64,000 nucleotides of DNA from Balanoglossus misakiensis (Eukaryota; Animalia; Hemichordata): positions 9,154,390-9,218,389 of the forward strand of contig CM082580.2 of assembly GCA_040954595.2 (NCBI GenBank), given 5' to 3'. The notes below the pieces were generated by a model. That model did no database searches and had not been told where the DNA came from. It saw only the letters and a list, made by a program, of their open reading frames with translations. The translations under genes and the position numbers were made by a program. This document shows, piece after piece, positions 23,005 through 34,630 of this stretch; within the stretch, counting starts at the first letter, position 1; each line of letters begins with the position of its first letter.

Positions 23005-26000
23005 ATGCCGCCGCCACCACCACCACCGCCAGGCCCACCCCCGCCACCAACGTTCGCTTCAGCCAACACCGCGAAACCCAATTTGGGAAAGGGTGAACAG
23101 ATGGGCAGGAATGCCCTGCTATCACAGATCCACAAAGGTGCAAGACTGAAGAAAGCCGAAACAAATGATAGGAGTGGACCGTTTATTGAAAACAGTGAGT
23201 AGAAGAGTTATCATTTCAATTTTTGTTTCAATAAAAACAAATTTCATCTTGGTTACCATTGGATACATGTGGTAACTCTGTTCTCTTAGTTGAAACGGAT
23301 CGGTGCTTGCCCTGTGTACTGGACCCATGTATAACTATAAATGCGTCCTGTGTGATGAGAATGCCACCTACATTGTACAGGAACATTGGGAATGATATAG
23401 CATACAACACTGTCGCTTCGAATTTTGACCAGGAAGTTCAATTCTCTGGAAGTGCGGTCACACAATCTGAAACCTGAATGTGTACATTGAAGTGTTTACA
23501 AAAAAAAAAAAGATGACTGTATATAAAGAGCAGAGCATTGTATGAGCTTGCGACCTTTGAGTTGTGTATCCTGACACCCTGTAAAAAAAAACAGACACAG
23601 GCCTATGATTTATTCTTCCCTCTACTTGTGTATTCACATCATGAACCTATTTATCTGTCTGTCTGTGGTGTTTTGTTAACTTCTGTGTTTTGTACTGCCA
23701 AGCCATAAAGTGTGCCCTCTATCCAAATATGGCGCATCCCCGGTGCATGAATTCTCTTGCAAAAGCAAGAAATTTTTTCGTATTACATACAGAACTGATG
23801 CAAAGAAATTATTTTGTAAAAAAAAAGATAATATTTTTCTATTCATGTCACTGTGTTATTTACTGTGTAAAAATTACAATACCACTGGAAGGAAGGACAG
23901 TTAAAATAAGTACCCTGATTTCACTTATATGAGGTTGATTTGTTTAATTTCTTTTTTTTTTGCAGAAAATAAAAGTTCGACAGTCGGTGGGGGCACTGGA
24001 GGAGGAGGAGGAGGAGGCGGGGGGAGTAGTTCCTATGGCGGTTCAGGCGGAGGAGGGAGCAAGAGTGTATCAGGTCTTGGGGGATTATTTGCAGGTGGCA
24101 TGCCCCAGCTTAGGAAAACAGGTGCTAGACCCTACCCTGGCAGCGGTAAGTATTCCCTGTATAGAAGCCTTGTGCGTTTTTGTCTGCATGGGTTTTAGTT
24201 TGTGTTTGGTTGCATGCTCAGTAGAGATAATTACATCATAGCTGGGCCACTTCTACCTCAGACAGGCCTCTCATAGAAGTAAAGAACTAAACTTCGTCCA
24301 GATCTGATCACAGCGCTCAATTCTTTGTTACCCATCGTAATATAGGGATGATGGTTAACCATGCTGGGTGACCATGTCAACAAAAAAGTTGCCTTTCATG
24401 GAATCATTCACTTCATTTTAAATGGAATATCCACATGATACTACCAGCACATCCCTCCTAGCCATTCCCTTGTTTCCATGTAACACGTTTTCATAAACTA
24501 ACACTATTATGTGGTCCTTTGCCCTCTGAACATCCGAAAGATGTCATTCAATCCTAAGTGTTAACTTATTACTGTTTGTATAAATTGACTGAAGTGATAA
24601 TATGGAACTTACTCAGAGCATAAATAAAAATAAAAGTTATGACGTTGGTTAATTGTTTCTTTCCTTTCAAAGCCCTGTGGCAACTGTTGTTTATAAGGTG
24701 TGTTAGATCATACACAAGGAAACAGAACTGAGAAAAAAGATTTTATATCGTATCAGACTAGTTTCAGTTGCATATCGCTCTCACCTCAGTTTGAACCCGT
24801 GACTGACCTTTGACCTCAAGCTAACCCCAGCTTTTCATTTCAGCTCCACGTATGCATTGGGATCAGTTTAACAGTCGTGGCCAGTATCTGTCATGAAACA
24901 CCAGCTGTTCTTTTCAGCTGAAAATACCATGCTTGCCTTCTGATCATGGAGATGTCTGTTTCCAGTATCCCTAGTTTGTGGGCCATGTTGGTACGTAAAG
25001 TGTGCCATCATGAAGTGCCGCCCTCAAGTGGCAGAATTGAAAATGATTTGTTTATAATTCAGTCTTCCTCTGTTATTGTCATTGAGACTGAACTATATAC
25101 TAGTATTGCAATGGGCTGGAAACAGGCACTTCGATCGATCACACACACACACTCTCTCTCAGTGTTCATTCTTTCTCGTCTGGTTTTTCATCAACAGCGC
25201 CACCACCACCCAAACAACCCCCACCTTACAATGTAGCAGTAAATAGGAAAAAAAGCTTTAAAAGAGGTAACAAAAACGTGGAGAAAACTCTTTCTGTCAA
25301 ACACATCCCTTGTCTGTAGTTCCTCTAGCTGTTAGTACTGCATGTAAATGGGTAAAAATATGACGTTTGCTATGCATTTTGTTTCATACTCTTGCACTGC
25401 ATCTAGGGTGTTGCTGCTAGCGTTAGATCCCATTTGGTGGCTTGTGTTTATTTTTATTTTTTCAGTAAACATCTGTAGATGGTTCTGCATATGCTGTGCT
25501 CTGAATATGATTATGATTTTGTGTTTTTGTTTTGCATTTTCCTAGGTATAATGTGTATATAGATGTGGTATGGCCTTTAGTTCAAACCCTTTCAGGCTTG
25601 ATGCAGGAACTTTATGTACATGAGTGATGTTGAGATAATGTTCCCAAAAGCCAAGCCTGAAAAGGTTACTAGGCAACATAAAATGTTTCACTGGCAACCT
25701 GTGATGTGCATGTGTTGAGGACGCTGGACAAGTAGACTTGAGATTTTGTCAGTGGTCATGTCAAAAATTCCATTGACTCATTAACGAACATGCAGAGATC
25801 AGATTGCAGATTATACAGTAGTTTTCTAATGTGCACTCACACGTGAAACATTTTACGAGTGTCTGTCATAGTTGATGTACTTTTTACTTTTCTGCTGTAG
25901 GTGACAGCATGGTTGGTGAAATTTGGTTTGCACGTGAAAATTAACCTTGTCTGTTTTAGTTGGTGTACACACGTGAATGTAGATAGGTTATACGTATGTA

Positions 26001-28720
26001 GTTAGAATAGTATGGCCTTGTGTATTATGTGTGGTGTGTGATCAGTGGTTGTGTTATTAATAACTTTGTCTTGTGCATTACAAAATGCAATTGAAAAGGA
26101 CTCTCCTCATGGTGAAATGAAATTTAAAAAAAGAGGAGGGAGGGAGGAGAGGGAGGGAGAGAAAGAGCAGAGGAGAGAGAGAGAAAGAGAGCAATGAAGC
26201 TCAGGAGCGAATGAACTTGTCCAAAATGAGAAAATTACTGAGACAGCTTTAATTCTGACATGATGAAAATGGCAAGCATGCAATATTCAAATAACAGTAC
26301 ACAGTGACACATAAAACCCCATGTAAGTGGTTATTTAGCAGTGGGTGTTCTGGGGATTTTGGACATGTGCCATAGTCTGCTTGTCAAATCGGTGTCAGTG
26401 CACTTTGAGACCACACAGCCCCACAACTGAAAAATTTTCACAGACCAGAAAGTCTTATCTCACAAGGAAAGAGACATGCTCAGAGTCACCTCATTGTTTG
26501 CAAATGTGTAGATGGGCCATTGTACTAGGAAATGGGGGTGAAAGGGTTGACGGAAGACAGAATTACATTCCTAAAAGTTCCTGCACTACCATTTGTGACA
26601 AGTTGGCTTGTGAAGAGATCGACACTAGGTCGTCTAGCAATCTCTCTTGATCCAGGAAGCATAAAATCAATGCGTGTATTTGTTTTCTGTCAGAACTGCA
26701 GTAAGCAAATAACCCACTAAAAATTTGTTTGTTTCCGGCTACATGTTTAGACTAATGTGGTGGAGCGATCAAAGGTTTTGTTAGAATGTTTTTGAGTGTG
26801 AATCATGGTGGTTCGTGGCACTGCACACTGAGAGATTAAGGTGAAACATGTAACACCTGTAAAACAGAGGACGTGTGGTGAGTTTCTGGTGTTGAAATGC
26901 GCCAAAGGGCTCGGGAATCACACTGGTGCATGTGAACTCACCTGGTGAATGCAATGGAATGTGCCTCTTTGTCAATACATTTTACTGGTTTTCAACTTAA
27001 TGCACTTCAGTCATATACCAGTAGTGTAATTGTTCTCTTACCAACTCTTAGGTTCAGGGTAAGACAGATTTGTACCTGTAATAACTTGCTAAGGATATGA
27101 TGTGCTCATCCTCATTTTCTTTATGCCTCTTTTTTCCCACTCAGATGAAACCAGTAGTAGTACACCAAGTAGTTACGGCAGATCCAACGACAGCTCCACC
27201 AGCAGATTCGGAGCTCCAGCGCCCAACACGTACGGAGGCAACAGGACTGGTGCACCCCCTCCGCCACCCTCGCAGAGCAAAAAGCCGGGATTTAACACCG
27301 GGGCCCCGAGCACGGGCGGCGGATACATGTCGAACAGCATGAACTCTAAATCGTCCGCCCCTCCGCCCCCTCCCCCTCAGAGCAACAAACCGGGTTCTGC
27401 CAATCCCAATAGACTCAGTAACCCCGGCAGGTTCGGAGACCAGCCGCCGCCGCCGCCACCATCGCAGAGTTTGAAACCAAGTTACATGAATAGTAGTACT
27501 ACTCCGTCGCAGAGCAGACCGCCACCCGGGGGCAATCACCCCTCAACGAATCGACCGTTGCCGCCCCCGCCCGGAGGCCGGCCTCCGCCACCGTCGATGT
27601 CGGCCCACATGTCCTCCAGACCTCTACCGGCGAAACCGCCACCGTCGCCCTCGACGACCAGGGACGGCCCGCCATCACTCCCGAGCAACGGCCCGCCAGC
27701 GCTGCCCAACCGCAACGACTCCACGCGGCCATCCACGGGTCACGGGGCCAGGCCACCCCCTCCTCCAAGAGACACTGGTGGTTATAAATCGGCGTCACAA
27801 CCGCCACCACCACCACCCGGCAGGCCCGCCGCACCGCCACCTCCCAGACCAGGAGCGCCGCCTCCACCTCTTCCTAACAGTAGGCCACCATCGATCAACA
27901 GAGGGAGCACTGGTGGACCGCCGCCGCCCCCTCCCTCGAGGGGCGTCCCCCCTCCTCCGCCAACCCGGGCACCAGGGGCACCCCCACCGCCACCCCCAAG
28001 TAGGGATGCCAAGAGACTCTCTGTAGGGAATGTCAATTCAACTCCAGCATTTCCCATAGGATTGCCAGGTATGTACAATGTGTTTGTTCACTCCCTTTCT
28101 GCATTCTATGGCACAGTGTCACAAACGAGTCCCACCATTAGGCCAAGGAAAGAAATTTTGTGGTGCAGGGTGGTAACAAGAAGAAGACTGAGCAAAGATA
28201 AAGATTGAGACTGGGTCCACCCACCCTTTAATTTAAGGTACAACAAGACATGCAAGGTATCTGCACATTATAACACATTATACATGTACTGTCTTTCAGG
28301 TGATGATTTTGAATGCCGGTTCAGATTTCGAGGAGTAACCGATTTCCCAACACCAGATCAGTTTCATAGAACAGCGAAGACGTACCCAAGTAAAACAGGT
28401 TAGTTCTGCGTTTGTGATTCCATCCGAGAGTTAGGTCATTTGACATGCACAAAGTGACCCTTTCACCCCCATTTCCCTCTATAGTGGTCCAACTTTACCA
28501 TTGAAAACAATGGATTTGGACCAAACTATGGTGGTGAAAGGGTTAAAAAGGAGATTTTAATTGCAGCAGGTTGTTCATATGATTGGCATATGCCTCTCAC
28601 ACGCACACACACACACCATATGATTTTATTTTAGCGCTGAACTAATCTCTTTGTTCCTTTTTTTCCACAGCACGTCCCGGTAGTATTAGAGGACCACCAC
28701 CCGCACCACCAGTTTCCTGA
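23005..28720 (+). CDS. WIPF: WAS/WASL-interacting protein (WIP/verprolin family)
   Basis: MPPPPPPPPGPPPPPTF...GRNALLSQIHKGARLKKAETNDRSGP (WH2 domain), Gly-rich GLGGLFAGGMPQLRKTG, long Pro-rich exon from 27145, WASP-binding DDFECRFRFRGVTDFPTPDQFHRTAKTYPSK (about 28300-28398), last exon RPGSIRGPPPAPPVS* (TGA 28718-28720). Confidence 0.93.
25585..25667. mobile_element. Short inverted-repeat element (MITE-like, AACCCTTT...AAAGGTT ends)
   Basis: 16-bp terminal inverted repeat AACCCTTTCAGGCTTG (25585-25600) / CAAGCCTGAAAAGGTT (25652-25667), one mismatch. Confidence 0.55.
26130..26192. repeat. GA-rich simple repeat in a WIP intron
   Basis: Nearly pure purine tract gaggagggagggaggagagggagggagagaaagag... 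Confidence 0.7.
28454..28546. mobile_element. ~90-bp MITE with piggyBac-like TIRs
   Basis: ACCCTTTCACC...GGTGAAAGGGT-TAA inverted termini; internal sequence shared with the copy at 40180-40275. Confidence 0.65.
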
Positions 28721-31700
28721 AACCACTGCAGCTTTCAACACATCTATATTATGCAACATTTTTTTTCTTACAATCGAGAGGACTAGGTGTCTCACCAGTA
28801 ACCAGAAGATTTGGGACTTGGCGCATACTGCTTCACCAAGCCCAGCATGTGCTGCTCTCAGGCAGCAGAACTTTGAATTTTGCCACCTTGCGTGTCCAGG
28901 GCGGCAAAAACCTGCATCTCGCAAGTGACGCGAGCCAAGTGATTTACAAATATTAGAATCGATAAAGGGTGTTTTTTTGTGTGAAAAGGACAGGAATATT
29001 AGTGTATAAAAAATACTATAGAACAATATGGCACAATGTGTCCTGTTGTTAAACATATGTGGACATTGAGAAAAATGTGATCCGCAGCACAATTGATTAT
29101 AAAATGTATTTGTAGAACACAAAGGTGCCTTTCAAAAATGAGTAAATTTTAAAAGGGTTGGGATTAAGAGGGGGAGGGTTGGGAGGGAGGTGGGATATGA
29201 ATTTGAAAGCATTTAATGAAAGAGGTTATTATTATTTTTTCAAAGTAGTCACTGATATCGTGATTTGAAATCAGTTTTAATAGCAACGATACATGTAGTG
29301 CATACAGTGACTGATCAGATAACCTCTGGCAAACCATGGATCATTATGACTGTATATCTTTTTTGTGTGTGCACTGTGCCGGAAATGTGAATTTTTTTTT
29401 TGTCCTGAAGAGAGATTGGTTTCTGTATAAAATAGATATCTGTTTATTTTGTGCAAAGATGATTGTTTTTTTTCCCTATATTCTCCAGAGTTGTTTGAGC
29501 TTCTTTTGTTTTTCTCCAAATATGGTATAAAATTTCAATATATCGGTACTTACAAAGCAATATTAGGAACGATTGTAATTATGTAAATTAATTATACTAA
29601 TATTGTAATTTTTTTCTGTTTAATACCCACAACCAGTGACGCTAGCAAAATGATTCAGATTTTTACAGTGCCAAAACCGTGTCGCAATTTTCTACTGAGC
29701 AAATATAAACAGGAAAATTCGTAAACGGAGCGTGTGATCCCAAGCCCTCTGATTGGCTGACAGTCGCTTGAACTGACCAATCAGAAACGTCCCCGCTGTC
29801 TTGCTTGATTAGATGGAAATTGACCAATCAGACGGGTTCTTCCTTTCATGCCACATCATCAGTTAAATCTTGTGAAAATAGTTAATGAACAGAGAGCACC
29901 CCTAATTCATACTGGCAGTATTATCCTTGAAAACAATCGGAGTATCATACTTCATGTATATTCATGTAGGGGTGTTAGGGTTATATGAATACATACCTAC
30001 GTCAAAAGTGGGATTTTGCATCATGCATCAAATTTTAATCAGATCGCTGTCCTGTTAGCAGATCCTCAACCATTCTAGTATATTATTTGACATTTATAAT
30101 GTAATAAAACCAGCTGACATGTCAATGTTGAAATCGCTGTTTTATAATAAAATCTGTAATTTCAACATTTGTGTAAAGTGTCCCCTGTTTCCTTATGAAA
30201 CTTTCATACATATTTGTGTGAAAAAAAACCATGAACAATGATAAAAAAAACACGAGTCTGGATTCTAGACTATTTGACTTTTTCTCAAAATGATAATGAG
30301 CTTTCTTGGGCAACAGAATAACATTTTATGAAAATCACTATGCAATGATTGATGAAAAAAATCCACAGATTTTGATTTGTAAGAAAGTAAATGCACATTG
30401 ATTTCAATAACCCTTTCACACGAGTTGCAAAATTATGTATATATGTACTTTGTGTAAACAATGGTTTTTTCTCAGTCTTGATTTCTTAAACTGACAATTT
30501 TCCGATCAATATAATTGGTGCAAGGGCATCAAATGACTGAAGGTACGTGAATCTGCTTTCAAATTGATCTTGTGGAAAGGACTTGTTTTCGCGTTCTGCA
30601 AAATGCCACATGTAACCAGTGTTACCCCAGCAGGGTGCTATTCAAGGAGGAACTGTGTTTTGGATAGAAGTGATATATTTAGTAGGGTTTGCTGTGAAAA
30701 TGTATGGGGTGTTTTCTTATAAGATTTGACCACATTGTATGGTCAGATGTGGAATTTGATATTTCACCGAGCACATGTGACATTATTCAAGTAGCCATGA
30801 TAGTCTTATATTACATATTACCCAGCATTTAATTTTTAAGATGAAACTTATTTGACTTATTTGGTTCAATCAGTCAATACTACAGCCCTTTGCCAATCAC
30901 AGCCTAAAACAAGCAAAATACTGCCATTCCTTGCGAAAAGCCTTGGATTCCAACTGATGAGAATAAATTCTAACCACAAGACTCCAACAACTGAAGCTCA
31001 TAAACCCTTTTTAAACAGTTTAAAGTCTTCCAAAACCCCTTTATGGTAGCTATCAATTTTTCGCTTTTTTCTGCATTCAGTTTGTCATAAAGTACATTAT
31101 GCTCTCTGCATCAAACCGAGACACGCTGCTTCTGTCGCAAGGTGTCTGACTGATTCATAAAAGTGTTTATATACATTTACACATTTGTAAATTTTACTTT
31201 GATTCTATGCTGTCCTGTAGTCATGAATTTGAGTTGATAAGTGTACATTTTTTTCCTAATTAAGATGGGGTAAAGAGGAAAATATTCAAGGTGGGAATTG
31301 GGTGAATCCAAGTCGATGTTTGGCTCTCGAAAATTGAGCGGATAGATACAAAGAGACAACCTTTGAAAGTTTCCTTACAAAGTCCGTGCGTAGTGATATA
31401 TAACACAAGAATTATTTTACTCTGTAGTTTCTGGAGTGGCATTCCTTATCCACTATTTGGACAGGTTTCCTTGTATGTACCGATTTTTCTTTCTTTCTGT
31501 CATTTATTTGTAGTACAAATCAAATGTATGGGGGGGGGGGGGGAAGATGATAAAGGAAATAAAAATAAGACAAGACTCATGAGACATGGAATTGTGTGGT
31601 TGTTTCATTTATTTAAAACCTCACGAAAATGTACAAAATATGAATATTTATACATGGACGGAACACAAGTTTTTTTACACAGCAATATTTACTCCAATGA

Positions 31701-32010
31701 AGGAATTTTTATCATTTCATTAAAAGTATGTAATGTAAAAGTACTGAAGTGTGTACATTTGATCAAGTTCATCAGTAACATAACCACAATATGGATACAT
31801 ATTTACAGAAGTAAAGTGATTGGCCCTGAACATTCCAACCCAGGTATTTCCAACCCAGTCAGGGTTTAGGGATAGGTTATAGGGTAAGTTGACTGTCCAG
31901 GGGGAATGGCCCTAGAACCTATTTAAAAGTCTTAAGAGCTAGAAGATATATATACTGGTTTTTACATGTTCTGATACCTCTGACAAGAGCAGACTCAACA
32001 AATGCCATGG

Positions 32011-34223
32011 CTATCTCGGGGTCGGAGTGTCAAAACTGACTCTGGATAAATTGCTGGTGCCTTGCCGTGGGCTGAAGGGGCTCTCCTCGAGTCGGGACTG
32101 GCTACGGATCTCTTCCAGTTCATCTTCCTTAGTTTGGTGATCAGCTCGATACTTCTGCAGACGTGCCCTGGACTGTTGGATGAGTCTGGTGGACACTTTG
32201 AAGACGTCTGGGGGAATGATCAGATAAAGTGAAAATCATCATTTACTGCAAAGCACCATTACTACAAAGTTTGTGTGGTGAGAGGCTTGTTTCAGACAAT
32301 GCAAAATATGTCAGTGGACATATTGCCAAAAACTAATATGGGAACTTCGAAGAGAAACAAATAAAGCAGTGGAATAGCACATATTGGGAATTTTCCATCA
32401 CACAACAGAACTCATTCAGTTCTATGCAATATTGTTTCATTTTAGTCTGCATGGAGAACGATATCTCATTTAATTAGGTATTCTCACTTGAACAGCGTTG
32501 AAATTGTCAAATAAAATTTCAAATCACACCTTCAATGTTGTCCTCATCTCTGTTAGTTGTCTTCCCTGTATCCAGACTGGCTCCCCAATCTCCATCGTCC
32601 GACAAATCACCTTCCCCACTATCATCACCGTCCTCGTCATCCTCATCACTGTCTGATGTCGCGCAGCCCGCATCTCTCCTCTCATATTTGGTTACATTCA
32701 CACCGTCAAGTTGCTGAAGTTTCAGCAAACGTTGAATGATTCTTGCCCTGTGGCCAACAAAGAGAGAAAAAGTTACAGAGACCTAAAACTCAAGGGACTG
32801 CATACAACTCACGGTACACATAAAGAACACTGGCTGACGTATTAAATGCCCATGATTTTTCAGAGACATTATATGTAAACGAGCAGAACACATTTTTATT
32901 GACATTTAGCATGTGTTGACCTCATTACCTGTATCCTGGTGATCCAGTACACGGATTGTCTTTCATGTTGAAGATAATGAGTTCCTGGGGCAGCTCTCCT
33001 GTAAAGTGTAATGCACAGTAAATAATTCTTAATTAGGAGAAAAATTATCTGGTCTGGTAAAAACAATGACAATCAGACAAGTGTATTTACACTGACCTGG
33101 GTCAAAATCCTCTATCTTGTTTTCAGAGAGATCCAGGAATTTCAGATCTGTCATTTTTGTCAGATTTTCCACTTGAGTGATGTGATTACCGGACAAAGTG
33201 AGAAACCTCAAACGATGAAGACTTTCCAGGTTCTCAATCCTTGCTATATTATTCTGGAAGGGGAAAAACAGAAAATCTTGAACTATACTCTTAACTACAT
33301 TTAGTAATGAAATCATTGGTACGAACACACGCTTGATTGAACTCAAGGAAATACCTGGAAAATTTGGTATATTGGGAAACCATAGCCTTAGGACCCCAGT
33401 GTAACTTCATGTGTGCAGCTGAAATGTTCAGTTAAGAGTCCTGGGAGTTCATTGTTTACTTACACATTGTAAATAAAGATTTGTGACTGGACCCAGCATC
33501 TCCAAATTGTCAATCTCTGAAATTTCTTCTCTATCCAGTCTGACATGGGTTAGCTTCATCAAACCTTCTATTCTGTTGAAGAAAAACAATAGGTGTGTTA
33601 TAGGACGCCCTTCACAATAATACAAAAACATACAATTTTACAATTCGGCAGTATCTACAGTTAGGATTATCCCAGTCATGTTGATGGACGTTTCCATAAA
33701 CCTAGTGGAGAGAATACTAGTAACAACAAAGTTTACCAAAGACCACCATCATTTGATAACTCACATTCAACAACAAATGCATTCTTCATCAACTATACAC
33801 TTCTTATCATGGAAGAGTTTGCACTTACAGTTTGTCATGTGAGCCATCTACAATATGAGGTGGTAGATTTCTTCTGGCTATCAATGCTGCAGAGATACGT
33901 GCTGACTTCTTGGTCTTCAGGCTCAAAATTTTACCTATATGGTCAGAAAAAAGGTCGACCTGATATTCACAAGATACGTGTCACAGAAGTCTGAACAAAT
34001 ATTCTATTTCTAGACTAGTACATTTGACTTTGATCGTTGAAAACAACTCCACTATAACACCTACGCGTTACCATGACATCGACACCGTTGATCAGCCCTG
34101 ATGATCGTCTCTCAGCACCGGCGTCTGCAAATTCTGGTTTTCTCGCCGATCACACGGAAAGTTTTTCGAACCAGCACTCGAGTACTTACCTTCAACTGCC
34201 TCGTCCACTTGGTCCCCTTCCAT
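32011..34223 (-). CDS. LRRC46: Leucine-rich repeat-containing protein 46 (SDS22-type LRR, ciliary)
   Basis: ATG at 34223 (MEGDQVDEAVE), then ISAALIARRNLPPH, LTHVRLDREEISEIDNLEMLGPVTNLYLQ, NNIARIENLESLHRLRFLTLSGNHITQVENL...LKFLDLSENKIE, ELPQELIIFNMKDNPCT, LKLQQLDGVNV, an acidic tract and a coiled-coil last exon; TAG at 32011-32013. Confidence 0.88.
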
Positions 34224-34630
34224 AGTACTTAATTCTTCGATTTGGTCCACTATTTTACTGGTTTTGCAACAACTTCCGCTTTCTCCTTGTGCTTGCGAGA
34301 CTTCAAAAATTTGACCTTTTAACTTTGACCTCACTGTAAGGTCATTCCCGTGACGTCACGTCGTCAGCTATATTCACGCTTTTCTGAGCGTGCTGCTCAG
34401 CATGCAGTGCCGCGTCGTGTGCCCAGGCCAGAAAAGAGACTTCTCCTGAAACAGAATTATCAAATGGAGTGAGAACGCATTTTACCGTTGAAGCTGTCGT
34501 GTTTTCCACAACAAGAATGTCTTTTTGTAGTTATAGTCTAGTCCAACAATGTGTCGAAAACCGGCGATCACAGTGATTGTTTAGCATCATCTCATCATTT
34601 CTGAAATTGAAGAATCCAATTTGAGGTAAG
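34060..34630. promoter_or_regulatory. Putative bidirectional promoter of LRRC46 and GPR155
   Basis: 12-bp palindrome CGTGACGTCACG containing a full CRE (34349-34360). X-box-like GTTACCATGACATC (34067-34080) in LRRC46 intron 1. Donor GAG/GTAAGC at about 34625 fits a non-coding GPR155 exon. Confidence 0.55.

Noticed and set aside
27141-28078. Gly/Arg-rich antisense ORFs over the WIP proline-rich exon
   Set aside because: Expected reverse complement of CCN codon runs.
28631-31869. ORFs of 160-170 aa between WIP and LRRC46
   Set aside because: Low-information AT-rich UTR or intergenic frames with non-ATG starts and no motifs or splice pattern.
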